A stretch of 64,000 nucleotides of DNA, taken from positions 22,632,001 through 22,696,000 of the forward strand of contig NC_086118.1 of assembly GCF_963921235.1 (NCBI RefSeq). Direction: 5' to 3'. The position numbers and the translations under genes were made by a program. The DNA is from Mobula hypostoma. Lineage: Eukaryota. Shown one piece after another: positions 36,921-49,985 of the stretch. How positions within the stretch are numbered: the first letter of the stretch is position 1; every line of letters starts with the position of its first letter. The notes below the pieces were generated by a model. It made no database searches, had not been told where the DNA came from, and saw nothing but the letters and a program-made list of their open reading frames with translations.

Positions 36921-38089
36921 TAGAAACAAGCCTTTTGGCACACTGTGTCCATTTTGACCAGAAGATGCCAAGGTCCTCTTAATCCATTTTTGTTCCTGTT
37001 TTCTTCACTAAGATCTCACTCTATACCCCCAATATCAGAATTATGGGAGCATGGTAAGGGAAAATAGTTGTTTCTATTTTGTAAGGTACCATGTAATAGA
37101 AATAAAAAGTCAGGGAATGCAATTGAGGTGATTGTTTTCCATGATTGCCCAGATGTCTTGAATTTCCAAGCAAGGAAGAAAAATTGTTGAAGTGTGTGTC
37201 ATATTATTTTACTCTCAAGCATGCTCTAGTGGAGAAATTAATATCAGCACCACAGAGAGTTCATCCATTCACTTCTTTGGTCAGTCAAGAAATCATACTT
37301 AAAATTGAATTTTCAGCAGTAACTAGATCTGTCTGATTTCTGTGTGCTCTCTTATGTGGGTTTTAAAAATATTTGTGTAACTTGATTAACATTTAAACTG
37401 AGCCTATTGTTTCCAGCAAAGAAAAAAAGCTATGTACGTGCACTAGGTACCGTGAAGCTCACAGGAATTCAGTGCATGTTAAGACCAGTATACAAAGGAG
37501 CAGTTTGTCCCTGTGAAGTCTTAATCATGGCATTGCAACCTGAGATAAATCACATTACACACACACCTCCCGCTGCTACTGTGCCTGCCTTGCAGCAGAG
37601 CCTTTCCCAACTATTGATAGCATTTCTACTCCATGCAAAGCAGGCACAGCAGAAAGCATTCCAGGGAAATCATGTGAACGTCTCCAGCATCTCAACACGG
37701 TAGCAATCAAACACTGTGTGAAATATTGCAGCAAACCTACTGCGTTGAAACACGCTGATAGACGGAATGCTTGCTGGATGAAAGAATATGTTCCAAATGG
37801 TATTTGTAATGTTACCATTAACCTAATAGAACACTAATAGCTTTTGCATCTCTGGTAGAAAATAGTCACTAGTGTCAGTTCATCGTGATATATTGCAGTA
37901 CCGTCTTAATTCTCAAATGTTAATTTACAGTATTCTATACTCTTTTTCAATCTTCCACAGTGCTGAATAGGGAGAACGATTTAATGTACACTGAGCAGAG
38001 TGTGATTTCTTACAGGATGCCACAGTGGCACAGCTCATAGAACCGATGTCTCACAACACCAGAGACCTGATGAGACCGTGCCTGAGAAG

Positions 38090-38648
38090 GACCGTGTGCA
38101 GTTCTGGTCTCCTTACTTGAAGAAGGATACACTGGCTTTGGAGGCAGTGCAGAGGAGGTTCACCAGGTTGATTCCAGAGATGAGGGGGTTAGACTATGAG
38201 GACAGATTGAGTCACCTGGGACTGTACTCACTGGAATTCAGAAGAATGAGAGGAAATCTTATAGAAACATATAAAATTATGAAAAGGATAGGCAAGATAG
38301 AGGCAGGGAAGTTGTTTCCACTGGTAGGTGAAACTAGAACTAGGGGACATAGCCTCAAGATTCGGGGGAGCAGATTTAGGACGGAGATGAGGAGGAGCTA
38401 CTTTGCCCAGAGAGTGGAATTTTCTGTGGAATTCTCTGCTCGATGAAGCAGTGGAGGCTACTTCAGTAAATATATTTAAGACAAGGTTGGATAGGTTTTT
38501 TTATTATAGGGAAATTAAGGGTTATAGGGAAAAGGCAGGTAGGTGGAGATGAGTCCATGGCCAGATCAGCCATGATCTTATTGAATGAGAGAGCAGGCTC
38601 GACAGGCCAGATGGCCTCCTCCTGCTCCTATTTCTTATATTCTTATGT
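38090..38648 (+). mobile_element. CR1-clade LINE 3' fragment
   Basis: VQFWSPYLKKDTLALEAVQRRFTRLIPEMRGLDYEDRL...TRGHSLKI plus tail. Confidence 0.88.
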
Positions 38649-39518
38649 GTGCCCTCTTTGTAATTGCATCAATATGTTCAGCCCAAAAATAGATCTTCAG
38701 AACTCTTTTAACATTCAGGAACTTGAAAATCTCAGCCTTTCCACTGCTGACCACTCTCTAAGGACTGATGAGTGTTCTCTCGACTTCCCCTTACTGATGT
38801 TCTCAAATTATTCTTTGGTCTTGCTGGCGTTAAGTGCAAGGTTGTTACGACAACACTCAGACAGCTGATCTATCACTCAGCAACAGTCTAGGAGCAATTT
38901 AGAGCAGTCAATTAAGATATCTACTGTCATGTCTTTGGGATGTGGGTGGAACAAGGGTATTCAGAAGTACTACAAGAAGAATGTGCAAACATGCAGGATC
39001 CAACCTAGGTCCCTGGTGCTGTGAGACAGTGGTTCATATTTCATTAGAGGTTTGAGGAGAATTACTATGTCACCAGAAACTAACAAATTTCTACAGAGGT
39101 ACTGTAGAAGGCATTCTAACTGGTAGCATCACTGTCTGGTGCGGAGGGGCCACTGCACAGGATCAGAAAAATCTGCAGAGGCTTGTAAACTCCCCCAACT
39201 CCATCAAGGACACTAGCCTCCCCACCATCGAAGACATTTTTAAAGGCAACGTTTCAAAAAGGTGGCATCCTTTATTAAGTACCCCACCACCTCTGACATG
39301 GCCTCTCTTTATTACTACCATCAGAAAGGAGGAATGGGAGCCTGAAAACACACACTCAATGTTTTAAGAACAGCTTCTTGCCCTCCACCATCAGATTTCT
39401 GAATAGACACTGAACCCATGAGCACTAATTCATTAGCTTTTGCTCTCTTTTTGTCCCACTTATTTAATTTTATATATATTTTATGTATTGCACTGTATTG
39501 CTGCCACAAATCAACAAG

Positions 39519-40177
39519 CAGACATCCCACCTCTCCCGGAAGTTCTGGGGGTCCCCCACACATTAGTAGTGGCTCCCTGATGCCCACAAAGTATCTACAA
39601 TGTCCCAGAAATTGATTTTTTTGAGAGTCAGCATGAGAGAACTTGCGAGAGAGAAAGAGCGAGAGAGCGAGCGCAAGAGCAAGAAAGCAAGTGCGAGACA
39701 GCGAGGGCGTGAGAAGAGCGCGAGAGCGAGAGAGAGAGAGCAAGAGCAAGAAAGCAAGCGCAAGAGAGCGAGCGCGAGTGAGTGACCACGAGCGAGAGAG
39801 CACACGCGTGAGAGAGAGTGAGAGCAAGAGCAAGAGCAAGAGTGTTCCAAAAAAAGAAAATATGAAACGTACATCACCCCAGACTACACTAAGGTGTACC
39901 CCTGCCTAATAAGGGTTAAAAATAATGACAGTGTTGCTCGCTGCACTGTTTACAACAGTGACTTTTCTATTGCCCATGGTGGGTTAAGACTGTAAAAGAC
40001 GTGTTGAGGTGAATTTAACAGGTGTCATTCATTCATTAGCATAGCTAACGTTATTTAAACTAGCTGGCTAGCTGCTAAGGAGCTACTCTATTGCAGACAT
40101 CCCACCTCTCCTGGAAGTCTCCTGCAAATTGATGATGCTACCTCCCTGAAATGAGTGTTTGCAGGGTTGGATGTCTG
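39519..40177 (+). mobile_element. Non-autonomous hAT-like DNA transposon with 6-bp TSD and Zn-finger transposase exon remnant
   Basis: Termini CAGACATCC...GGATGTCTG; TSD AACAAG (39513-39518 / 40178-40183). 39852-40008 reads KRKYETYITPDYTKVYPCLIRVKNNDSVARCTVYNSDFSIAHGGL/DCKRRVE followed by GT. Confidence 0.75.
39634..39843. repeat. GA/GC-rich low-complexity (GAGC/GAGA) tract
   Basis: Directly visible; it generates the spurious RE/RA-rich ORFs. Confidence 0.9.
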
Positions 40178-41937
40178 AACAAGTATCACAACATACTGTG
40201 TGTCAGTGATAGTAAACCTGATTCTGATTCTGATTGTATCTGCATCTTCATGTTGAGCAAGAACTAAAACGCCAACAAGGGTTTAAGAGAAAATCGGACA
40301 CCATCTTCTGAACATTTGCAGAGATGGGTGATAAATAGAGCTTTACTGGTCTTACCTACATTACTGTGTGGTCTCAACAGTGCCACAGACCTCTCCTGAA
40401 CCAAAGCCTTTGACACATCAGTCTCAGAATTTATTGTGCTTGATGCAGCACCATTGTATCTGTTCTATCCCATTCATTCCCAGCACGTACCATTAAACTC
40501 ATTGCGGCAGGGACTTAAATGGGGGGGCATATGATGCACACAAGCCTTCTGACAGCAAGGAGATAATGTTACACCAGGTATCCTGCAGCAATGTGTTTTG
40601 ATGCTATTACAGAGAAAAAAAAATCATCAGATTGTGCCCTGAAGATTTAGGCAAGTTTACACTGCCCCAAGAGCAGCCTGGTCACGTCTGCATTAAAAGC
40701 CCAGTGATGCTGAAGGCTTAGATAAGAAATTGCTCTATGTCTAAGGTAATACCGGTGGTCGACATCCAATTTGTCTGGGAAGGTTTTTTTCTGAACTAGT
40801 TCAGTTTCTGTGTAACCACTGAGCTTCCAGATGAATTGTCTGGACAGGGAGAGACAGTGGGGTCATATAACTCCTCGGAAGAAAGGCATTAAATCATTCT
40901 GCAATCAAATTCTTGCCCTTGAAGTAGACAGCTTCTCACTAGTCACTTGATTAATCTGTTTAGTTTGCTAATACATTGAGAATGACAATTGGTTAAGCTT
41001 GAACCACCTTGTCATTGCAGGTACAGACAAATAATGATATTAAAGAAAACATTAATATAATGTCTTTTCCACGAGCTGATGTAGGAGAAGGTACAATAAG
41101 TCTCTGCTAGCATTCAATAGTCTGGTTACACCTGTATGCACACTGGAGGAAAATATTCTAATAATTCTTGCAAAGTATCATTTTCAGATGTCAATAATTT
41201 TTAAACACTTTATTGATATGAAACAGTTTAAGACAGTACTGCCACACCTTTAATTTAAAACAAATACACATATTAATAAACGACTAGTCATGTTAGCTCA
41301 TAGTTGAAACTCTAGCTTCGAACATTACTCCTGTTTTGGGCAACAGGGTAGGGTTGCTAGCTTTGAGTATGAGGTGCTCTTGGGTTAGAAAATACACAAA
41401 TCCAATAAATGGTTACTTACGCTAACCAAGTCTAATGCCTTAAATGAAGCGACAGAACACTTCTTCCACCCCTGAATAACCAATTCACCTGCATCTGTTT
41501 GGAAATCCCACAATGAAGGTGATCATTTTACAGAACTACATCCTAGCAGAAGTTCAACCATCATTTAATGGGCCAAACATGCAATACAAGAATATCTGGG
41601 CACTGAGTCAAGGGAAATGAATTCCAGAAAACGAGCTTAACACTTATTCTCTACTCCACTGTGCACTTAGTGCATACAATAGAGAGTGAGTGTCTAAACT
41701 CACACTGTGGAAGAGTCATAAGAACTGTCTGCAGATGATGGGAGTGTGCTAAACTGAGGAGATGAAATGTTCCCGGTGTTCCCTTTGTTCACATCATGGA
41801 AAGATTTAGCAAGATAAAATCACACATCCATTTTAATTTTAACACAACATTGACAATTTTCCCAGAGTTTTTTTCAACTCAAGGTGCCCATGTGCACACA
41901 ATATTAAATTATTAAGCAACAAAGTGAGGGAAAGTAA

Positions 41938-42100
41938 CTCAAAAATCCGCAGATGCTGGAAACCTAAAACAAAAGCAGAAAATGCTAGAAACACTGACAA
42001 AAGATCTTCAACCTAAAATGTAACCACTGTTTTTCATTTTCCACAGATGCTGCCTGACCACTGAGAGTTTTCTGTTTTGAAAGCATTTTGTCTTTTTTTT
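41938..42100. mobile_element. Old Penelope-like terminal remnant, inverted arrangement
   Basis: GCAGATGCTGGAAA...AAAATGCT, then opposite-sense CTGACAAAAGATCTTCAACCTAAAATG...CAGATGCTGCCTGACC...AGCATTTTG. Confidence 0.55.
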
Positions 42101-43489
42101 CAAATTGGGAGATGCTGAAAGTGCATGGGTGTGATTCCATTCATCCTCCTAGGATAGTTGTATCTGTACTCAAATGCTAATTAGATCAGAATTTGGGAGG
42201 ATTACATTCTTATACTTTGGGTTATGTCTCATGCACCTCTATCCATGCTGGCAAAAGTTCCATCACTTGACCACTCTTTAGACTTCTCATGCCCAGAAAC
42301 AGAAACGTAGAAGCACAGAAAACCTACAGCATAATACAGACCCTTCAGCCCACACAGCTGTTTTGCATCCTATCAATGTCCCACTGTAACCTCTGACAGC
42401 CCTCCAACCTATCCACAACTCCCCCAAACTTTGTGTCACCAGCAAATTTACTAACCCATCCCTCCACTTCCTCATCCAGGTTATTTATAAAAATCACAAA
42501 GAGAAGAGGTGCAGAACAGATGCCTGAAACACAACACCGGTCACCAACCTCCACACAGAATATGACCGGTCTAAACCACTCTTTGCCTTCTGTGAGCAAG
42601 TCAATTCTGGATCCACAAAACAAGGTCCCCTTGGATCCAATGCCTCCTTACTTTCTCAATACATGGAGTACCTTATCAAATGCCTTGCTGAAATCCATAT
42701 TCACTACATCTACTGCTCTACCTTCATCAATGTGTTTAGTCACATCCTCAAAAAATTCAATCAGGCTAGTAAAGCACGACCTGCCTTTGACAAAGCACTG
42801 GTGACCATTCCTAATCATATTGTGCCTCTCTAAATGTTCATAAATCCTGCATCTCAGGATCTTCTCCATCAACTTACCAATCACTGGTCTATAATTTCCT
42901 GGGCTATCTCTACTCCCTTTCTATCCATTGATGATGCAAAGATCATTGCCAGAGGCTCAGCAATCTCCTCCCTCACCTCCCACAGTAGCCTGGGGTATAT
43001 CTCGTCCGGTCCTGGTGACTTATCCAAATTTCTTAATGTCTATATGCTCAAGCTTTTCAGTGCACTGTAAGTTATCCCTACAATTGCCAAGTTCCTTTTC
43101 CGTAATGAATACTGAAGCAAAGTATTCATTGATTACATTTGCTATCCCCTCCAGTTTCATACACACATTTCCACTGTCACACTTGATTGGTAATATTCTC
43201 TCACGTCTTATCCTCTTGGTCTTCACATACTTGTAGAATGTCTTGGAGTTTTCCTTAATTCTGCTCACCAAGGCCTTCTCATAGCCCCTTTCTGGCTCTC
43301 CTAATTTCATTCTTAAGCTCTTTCCTGCTGGCCTTATAATTTTCTAGATCTCTGTCATTACTGAGTTTTTTGAACCTTTCATAGGCTTTTCTTTTCTTCT
43401 TGACTAGATTTTCAACAGCCTTTGTACACCACGGTTCCTGTATCCTACCATCCTCTCCCTGTCTCATTGGAACGTATCTATGCAGAACA

Positions 43490-44407
43490 TCACACAAATA
43501 TCCCCTGAACGTTTGTCACATTTCTGCCGAGAACATATCTCCCTGAGGACATATGTTCCCAGTTTATGCTTCCAAGTTCCTGCCTGATAGCTTCATATTT
43601 CTCCTTACTCCAATTAAACACTTTCCGAACTTGTCTGTTCCTATCCCTCTCCAATGCTATGGTAAAGGAGATAGAACTGTGATCACTATCTCCAAAATGC
43701 TCTCCCGCTGAGAGACCTGACACCTGACCAGGTTCATTTCCCAATACCAGATCAAGTACAGCCTCTCCTTTTGTAGGCTTATCTACATATTGTGTCAGGA
43801 AACCTTCCTGAACACACCGAACAAGCTCCTCCCCATCTAAACCACTTGCTCTCGGAAGATGCCAATCAATATTGGGGAAATTAAAATCTCCTACCACAAC
43901 AACCCCGTAATTATTGCACCTTTCCAGAATCTGTCTCCCTATCTGCTCCTTGATGTCCCTGTTACTATTAGGTGGTCTATAAAAATCACCCAGTAGAGTT
44001 ATTGACCCCTTGCTGTTCCTAACTTCCACCCACAGAGACTCAGTAGACAATCCCTCCATGGCTTCCTCCTTTTCTGCAGCCAAGACACTATCTCTGATCA
44101 GCAGTGCCATTCCCCGACCTCTTTTGTCTCCCTCCCTATCCTTTCTGAAACATCTAAAGCCTGGCACTCTAAGTAGCCATTCCTGCCCCTGAGCCATCCA
44201 AGTCTCTCTAATGGCCACAGCATCATAGCTCCAAGTAGTGATCCACACTCTAAGCTTATCTGCTTTGTTCATTGATACTCCTTGCATTAAACCATCCGTC
44301 TGAATGTATCCCTTCTCTATCACCTGCCTATCCTCCCTCTCACACTGTCTACAAGCTTTCTCGATTTGTGAGCCAACTGCCCCTTCCTCCGTCTCTTCAC
44401 CACCCAC
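43490..44407 (-). pseudogene. CR1 ORF2 APE endonuclease domain (open 305 aa)
   Basis: ETW, YRPP, GDFNFPNIDW, LDLVL, GDSDH. Confidence 0.9.
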
Positions 44408-44419
44408 CCCCCAGTGATT

Positions 44420-44950
44420 CTAGTTTAAACTCTCCCCAATAGCCTTTGCAAACCTCCCTGCCAGGATATTGGTCTCCCTCGGATTCAAGTGCAACCCATC
44501 CTTTTTGTACAGGTGACTCCTGCCCCAAAAGAGGTCTCGATGATCCAGAAATCTGAATCCCTGCCCTCTGCTCCAATCCCTCAGCCATGCTTTTAACCTC
44601 CACCTCATTCTATTCCTATACTCACTGTCGCCTGGCACAGGCAGTAATCCTGAGATCACTATCTTTGAGTTCCTGCTTCTCAACTTCCTTCCAAATTTCC
44701 TGTAGTCTGTTTTCAGGACCTCCTCCCTTTTCCCTCCTATGTCATCGGTACCAATGTGTACCACGACCTCTGGCTGTTCACCTTCCCACTTTAGGATATC
44801 ATGGACGCAATCAGAAACATCCCAGACCCTGGCAGCCGGGAGGCAAACTACCATCTGTGTTTCTTTCCTGTGTCCACAGAATCGCCTGTCTGACCCCCCA
44901 ACCACAGAGCCCCTATCACTGCTCTTCCCTTCCCTACCCTTCTGAGCCAC
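44420..44950 (-). pseudogene. CR1 ORF1 SGNH-esterase domain (open 176 aa)
   Basis: VVCLP, VVVHIGTDD, VISGLLPVP, DGLHLN. Confidence 0.88.
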
Positions 44951-47593
44951 AGGGCCAGACTCAGTGCCAGAGGTGCGGCCACTGTTGCTTCCTCCAGGTA
45001 GGTTGTCCCCCCCCCAACAGAACTCAACCAGGGTTACTTATTGTTGAGGGGGACAGCCACAGGGGTACTCTCTTCTATCTGACTCTTGCCCTTCCTTCTC
45101 AGAATTTTGGATTTCAGGCTGCTTTTTTGCATCTCATCACTGCTTTCATAAAAGCAAGCTAGAGCATCGATAAACTCAGTATAACTTCTTTTTTATTTTC
45201 CATTTGCTCCTAAATTGACCAGGAAAATGTGAGTTTGTACTTGATGGACACTCGCTTCAGCCCCCTGTGCCACGGACGGGGCAACCAGAAGAATTCAAGA
45301 CAAAGAATTCAACATCCGCTTGATATGATAAACCCACACAGCAATTGGCTGAATATTTGAATGCCCACTTCAAGGGCTCCTTTACGGAGAAAATTAGTAA
45401 TTAAATCAACTATAACTTCAAAATAAATACTCACTGGTATATGAGATTTGCTATTTCACCTTTAGCAAGTGCAGTTAGGCTACAAGGAAACGCCCCACTG
45501 TGTGTTCAACATATCCTTTATTTATTTATGGAATAAGGGCAATGCTGACAGAACACCTTTTTAATGACTGCTCTTAAGAGGGTGGGGTAAATTGTTTACC
45601 AGAATAGGTGAAGCCTTTATGGTGCAAGAGTGCCCACATTGCTGAGGGAATATCTCAACTGCTTTCAAAAATATTTTCATGGAATATGACATATCTGAGC
45701 CAGCAATTTCCACAAATCAACATGGGGTTGGTTCATGATCATTTAGTATGGAAAGGTTGAATCAGCAGATTTATATTGCTAGTCTCATTTTGCCTGATCC
45801 TCCTGTGCAGAAGGAAACATCCTGCTTTGCCAAAACAACACTGTCAGATCACTGCAAAGTTCATGAAGTTTCTTGTCAAAACAATAAGCATCAGGTCTAT
45901 AAATCTGCATCCATTTCATGCAATGAGTATCATTATAGAACACATTGTGTGTGATATGTCATCCATTAACAGAAAGGTAGAAAGGCAGATTACAGTACCT
46001 CTTGGTTGGGAAGATTGGACAGGTTGTCTTTCTTGACTATAAAAGATTCCTTCCAAATTAGACACTGATGGTAGATAGACGCTTGAGCATAACATTTCCC
46101 AATGAACTCATTTATTTTAATTAAAACTGCTCAGCCAAAATAGGCACCTGCTTAAAAAGCACAACGCACAGGGATATTCTCAGTGTCTCATCTCTTTCCT
46201 TGCAGCACCAGAACCTAGACACTAATCAACTCATTAACCACCAGGGTGTAATTGACAATGATACTGTGAAGACATCTCTGAAGTTTGAAGAATCCATTAT
46301 CATCACCTCAACAAGCACACCTTCAAAAAAAAATGAACTGGTGACGATTCAGCAGAGCTAATCTATCCATTAGAAAGCATTCCAAGGAAGTGTGCCTGAA
46401 AATACGTACGTGGTACCTTTCTTGCCCACAGGTAGTAGGCATCAATCACGGTCCAGTGCATTTAATAAAGTTCCCACCGCATTTTCTCATATGCAGTTTT
46501 AGAACTCAATGGGTGTCAGGAGAAATAAAACAGACCCACTATGAGCAAAAAGGAAAGAGAAAAAAAATCACAGCGGGAAAGAACAACTCAGACATTCAGA
46601 GCAATTTACCTTCCAGCACATTGTGAAGCAAGGTCACCTTCCATTAGCTGCCTGAGAACTACAAATATAATTCAGAAACCAATTATCACAAGGTTAACTT
46701 TGTTCATCAGATTGTAGCAATGGTAAAGGGAATGCCGATTTAGACCGAAGGTACAATGGTTGCCTTATCTTTAAAATACATTTTATCTTATTGTAGCGTT
46801 TAACAACCAATTACTGTAGTCGTGTCAAGAACTATGCTTTCAGATCCTGATTAAAAGTCGTTTGAGCTTTAATTTCAAAATTCCTTTTTCAGTTATTTTA
46901 AATGCAACGTTTAAAATGCTAATCTGCTTGCATCATTGTGGATTATATGTCAATGGGCATTTGTATGCTGTACATGTTGAACAGAAATTGGGTCAAAATT
47001 TAAATAATAGTTATGTTATTTACTTAGGATTGTTTACATTCTTGTGGGATCTTAAAGCACCCTGACAACCAGCAATGACATTTGAAGTGCTGGCCCTGTC
47101 ACTGCTGTAATGTGCTAAATGCAAATGTGCTACAAAGAATGGTAAATATTCAAAATCCGGTGGCATTATTGATTTTCCTTGTATCCCCAATTACTACCAA
47201 CAAAAGATATCTTAATTGGTTGCCTGTCACACTGCTGTTGAGAAACTGCACTGTGTGCTGTTCGGTTATCACAGTGGCACTTTTCTCGTGAAGTTTATTG
47301 ATTTTCTAGGAATTAAAACTGGAAAAGATGCAATAAATTACCATGCTTTCTTTCATTTACTTGTTCATAGTGTGTGGACGTCTATGCTCCATCACTATGG
47401 CCCCTACATTGTCAACTTCACATGATTCATGACCATAACTTCCTCGCCGTGTGCTGGGAGGAAAAAAATCATTATTTTTCCAAGTGTTTCATATCACTGA
47501 ATTACAAAATTTTATGTATGAGGACAGGCCCTGTCAGATCTCATATTTTGAATGTAGAACTCCTGAGAACTTCATCCTGAGAACTGTTAATTA

Positions 47594-47997
47594 AATTTGC
47601 TGACCACGCTACACTGATTGGCCTAATCTCAAATAATAATGAGGCAGCCTACAGAGAAGAAGTCACCACCCTGACAAGGTGGTGTCAAGAAAACAACCTC
47701 TCCCTCAATGTCGCAAAAACAAAGGAGCTGGTTGTGGCTGCTACCATCCGGGAACTGGTACCGCAGCATAAAAGCCAGGACCAATAGGCTTCGGGACAGC
47801 TTCTTCCACCAGGCCATCAGGCTGCTTAACTCATGCTGACACAACTGTATTTCTATGTTATATTCATTATCCTGTTGTACATACCATTCATTATAAATTA
47901 CTTGATTGCACATTGCACATTTAGATGGAGACGTATCGTAAAGATTTTTACCCCTCATGTATATGAAGGATGTAAGTAATATCATCAATTCAATTCA
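47594..47997 (+). mobile_element. Rex1/Babar LINE fragment with internal deletion
   Basis: KFADHATLIGLISNNNEAAYREEV...WCQENNLSLNVAKTKELVV joined at about 47737 to LLPSGNWYRSIKARTNRLRDSFFHQAIRLLN; (CAATT)n tail. Confidence 0.85.
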
Positions 47998-49404
47998 TAG
48001 CCATTTGGGCCTACTGTTGAGCTCAATTTACGGGTAACATCCAGACATACAGCTTGAATTCTAACTGTTCTTACTTAATTGATTCACATTTCATTCTTTA
48101 AACAAGGTACAACTTATAAATGCAAAACTTTTAAGGCAACTTATTCTGCTTTCTCACCCCCTCCCCAATGCAGTGACTCAGCAATGCTGGAAGCAACAAC
48201 TACAGAGAGGGGTGCAGAGGCAATGTTTCAGGTCAACAGACACGTCTGCTGCATTCACGGTATTTTGCTTCAACCAATCAAGGGAAACAACTTGCCTAAT
48301 TTAACCCATTTCATTGTCAACAGGTTACTATGAAGCTTTGACTTATGTGGCATTTGTTTTTACTGTATTATATCAAACCTAATTTATGCATCATAGACCA
48401 CTTTTGCTGATTCATTATTAAGAGTCTCTCCGCATCACTGACTCTCTTCAAAATTATTGCAGAATTGTTCAGATTTAGCCCTGTTCATTTTACTTCACAG
48501 CTGGTTGATTTAACAACTCGGATCATCCATGTTATCCTTCTTTGAGCTCTTTGAATTTACTGAAGGAATATTGCGAACTGCAGCTTGATTAAACATACTG
48601 GCACAATTCTATCCCATGATTTTCATTCTGGCAACATGAAAAAGCCATTTGGCTTCAAAGGTTTCAGCACTTCGGTTCCTGACCTTTATATTAATTATAT
48701 TTAGTCATTTACCAGTGACATTGGTTCATTTTTTTTTAGTTTATTGCACTTTTAAGGAGAAATAATTTGTGGTAATTCCTGGACCTGACAGGCCATCAAG
48801 GAGCATACTTACTGTGATACAGATGGGCTGTGAACTGTCACAAGTCTAACCTTTACCCGGTTCTCTAGAATGTGAAAAATACCATGTGGCCAATCACAGA
48901 CACAAGCCTGGGACTCACCACTCTACAATTCAGTTCATTCATCTTACCAATAGCTAAGAATCTTTTAAGCATATTGGAAAATCACCTGAGAAAAATAAAT
49001 ACTTCTGCATTTCAAATCCAGATGTTATGCTTTAATGCAGGTGTTGTTTCAAACAGAACCGGCAACGTAGAGAAAGTGGTTCAGTGAATAGCATTGATTG
49101 ATGATATGATACATCATTGCCCTGTTATAGACCATTAAACTTGTTCAGTTAAACCTCTACCACATGGCTAATCTTCAGCTGAGCTGATCAATAATTATTA
49201 ATCTCTGTCTTCCAGAAACCCATGTTAACTGATATTGCTAAAGGTTCTCTCTGCTTGGGTATAAATTGGGATCCATTTTCACATTCCTCTTTTAATTTGC
49301 TCCATTAATATTCATCCAAAAAGCAACCCTTGACCACTTGACCACCTTCATCTTACAAACCACTGCCATTTTTCCAACCTCTATTTCCTACCCATTTAGA
49401 TTTG

Positions 49405-49985
49405 CATATAATGATGTAACACTTTGGTGAGATCACATCCGTGATCATAAATATCATGTACCATTTTGGTCTCCTTACAAAAATATGATATACTTGCTGA
49501 CAGGGAGAGTGCAGTGAACTAACATCAGACTGGCTGCTGGGATGGTGGATCTGTCATGTGAGGAAAATGAGTAGTCATAGGCTCTTTGGAGATTAGAAGA
49601 AAAGGACAAACTCATTATAACACACAAAATTCATCAAGAGCTCAATGTGATGTAGGGGATACTATTCCTGATTGAGCAGTCTAGAGAATATGTCTTGAGG
49701 GGCAATGGTCTTCAGGTAAGTATAGACAATTTGGGACTGAAATGAGGAGGAATTTATTTGAATTTTCTACCTTGGCGGACTATGGAGGCTTAGGTATTGA
49801 TTTCATTCAAAGCATAGACCAATAGACTTCTGGGTGATGAAGGACACGAGGGACACGAGGGATATGGGGATAGCCAGGAAAATGATATTCAAGTAGAAGA
49901 TAAGCGATATATGCTCTGTTAATGCTAGAACAAGTTCAAGGAATTGAATGGCCGGCTCTTGCTCCTATTTCTAACGTTCTTTTGT
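49405..49985 (+). mobile_element. Old CR1/L2-clade LINE 3' fragment
   Basis: Degenerate collinear similarity to 38090-38648, including the tail. Confidence 0.6.

Larger units (their letters stand above)
39060..40235 (+). mobile_element. Rex1/Babar-type LINE 3' fragment whose 3' UTR is split by the 39519-40177 element
   Basis: Similar to 21650-22690; tail resumes after 40178 and ends in (CTGATT)n. Confidence 0.7.
42296..45101 (-). mobile_element. CR1 LINE, 5'-truncated in ORF1, with internal deletions in ORF2
   Basis: ORF1 esterase, EN, tether, MDFSKAFDKV and SKFAGD, then an abrupt junction to the 3' tail at about 42357. Confidence 0.93.

Noticed and set aside
39321..39909. Overlapping RE/RA/SL-rich ORFs
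   Set aside because: Translation of the GAGC/GAGA low-complexity tract.
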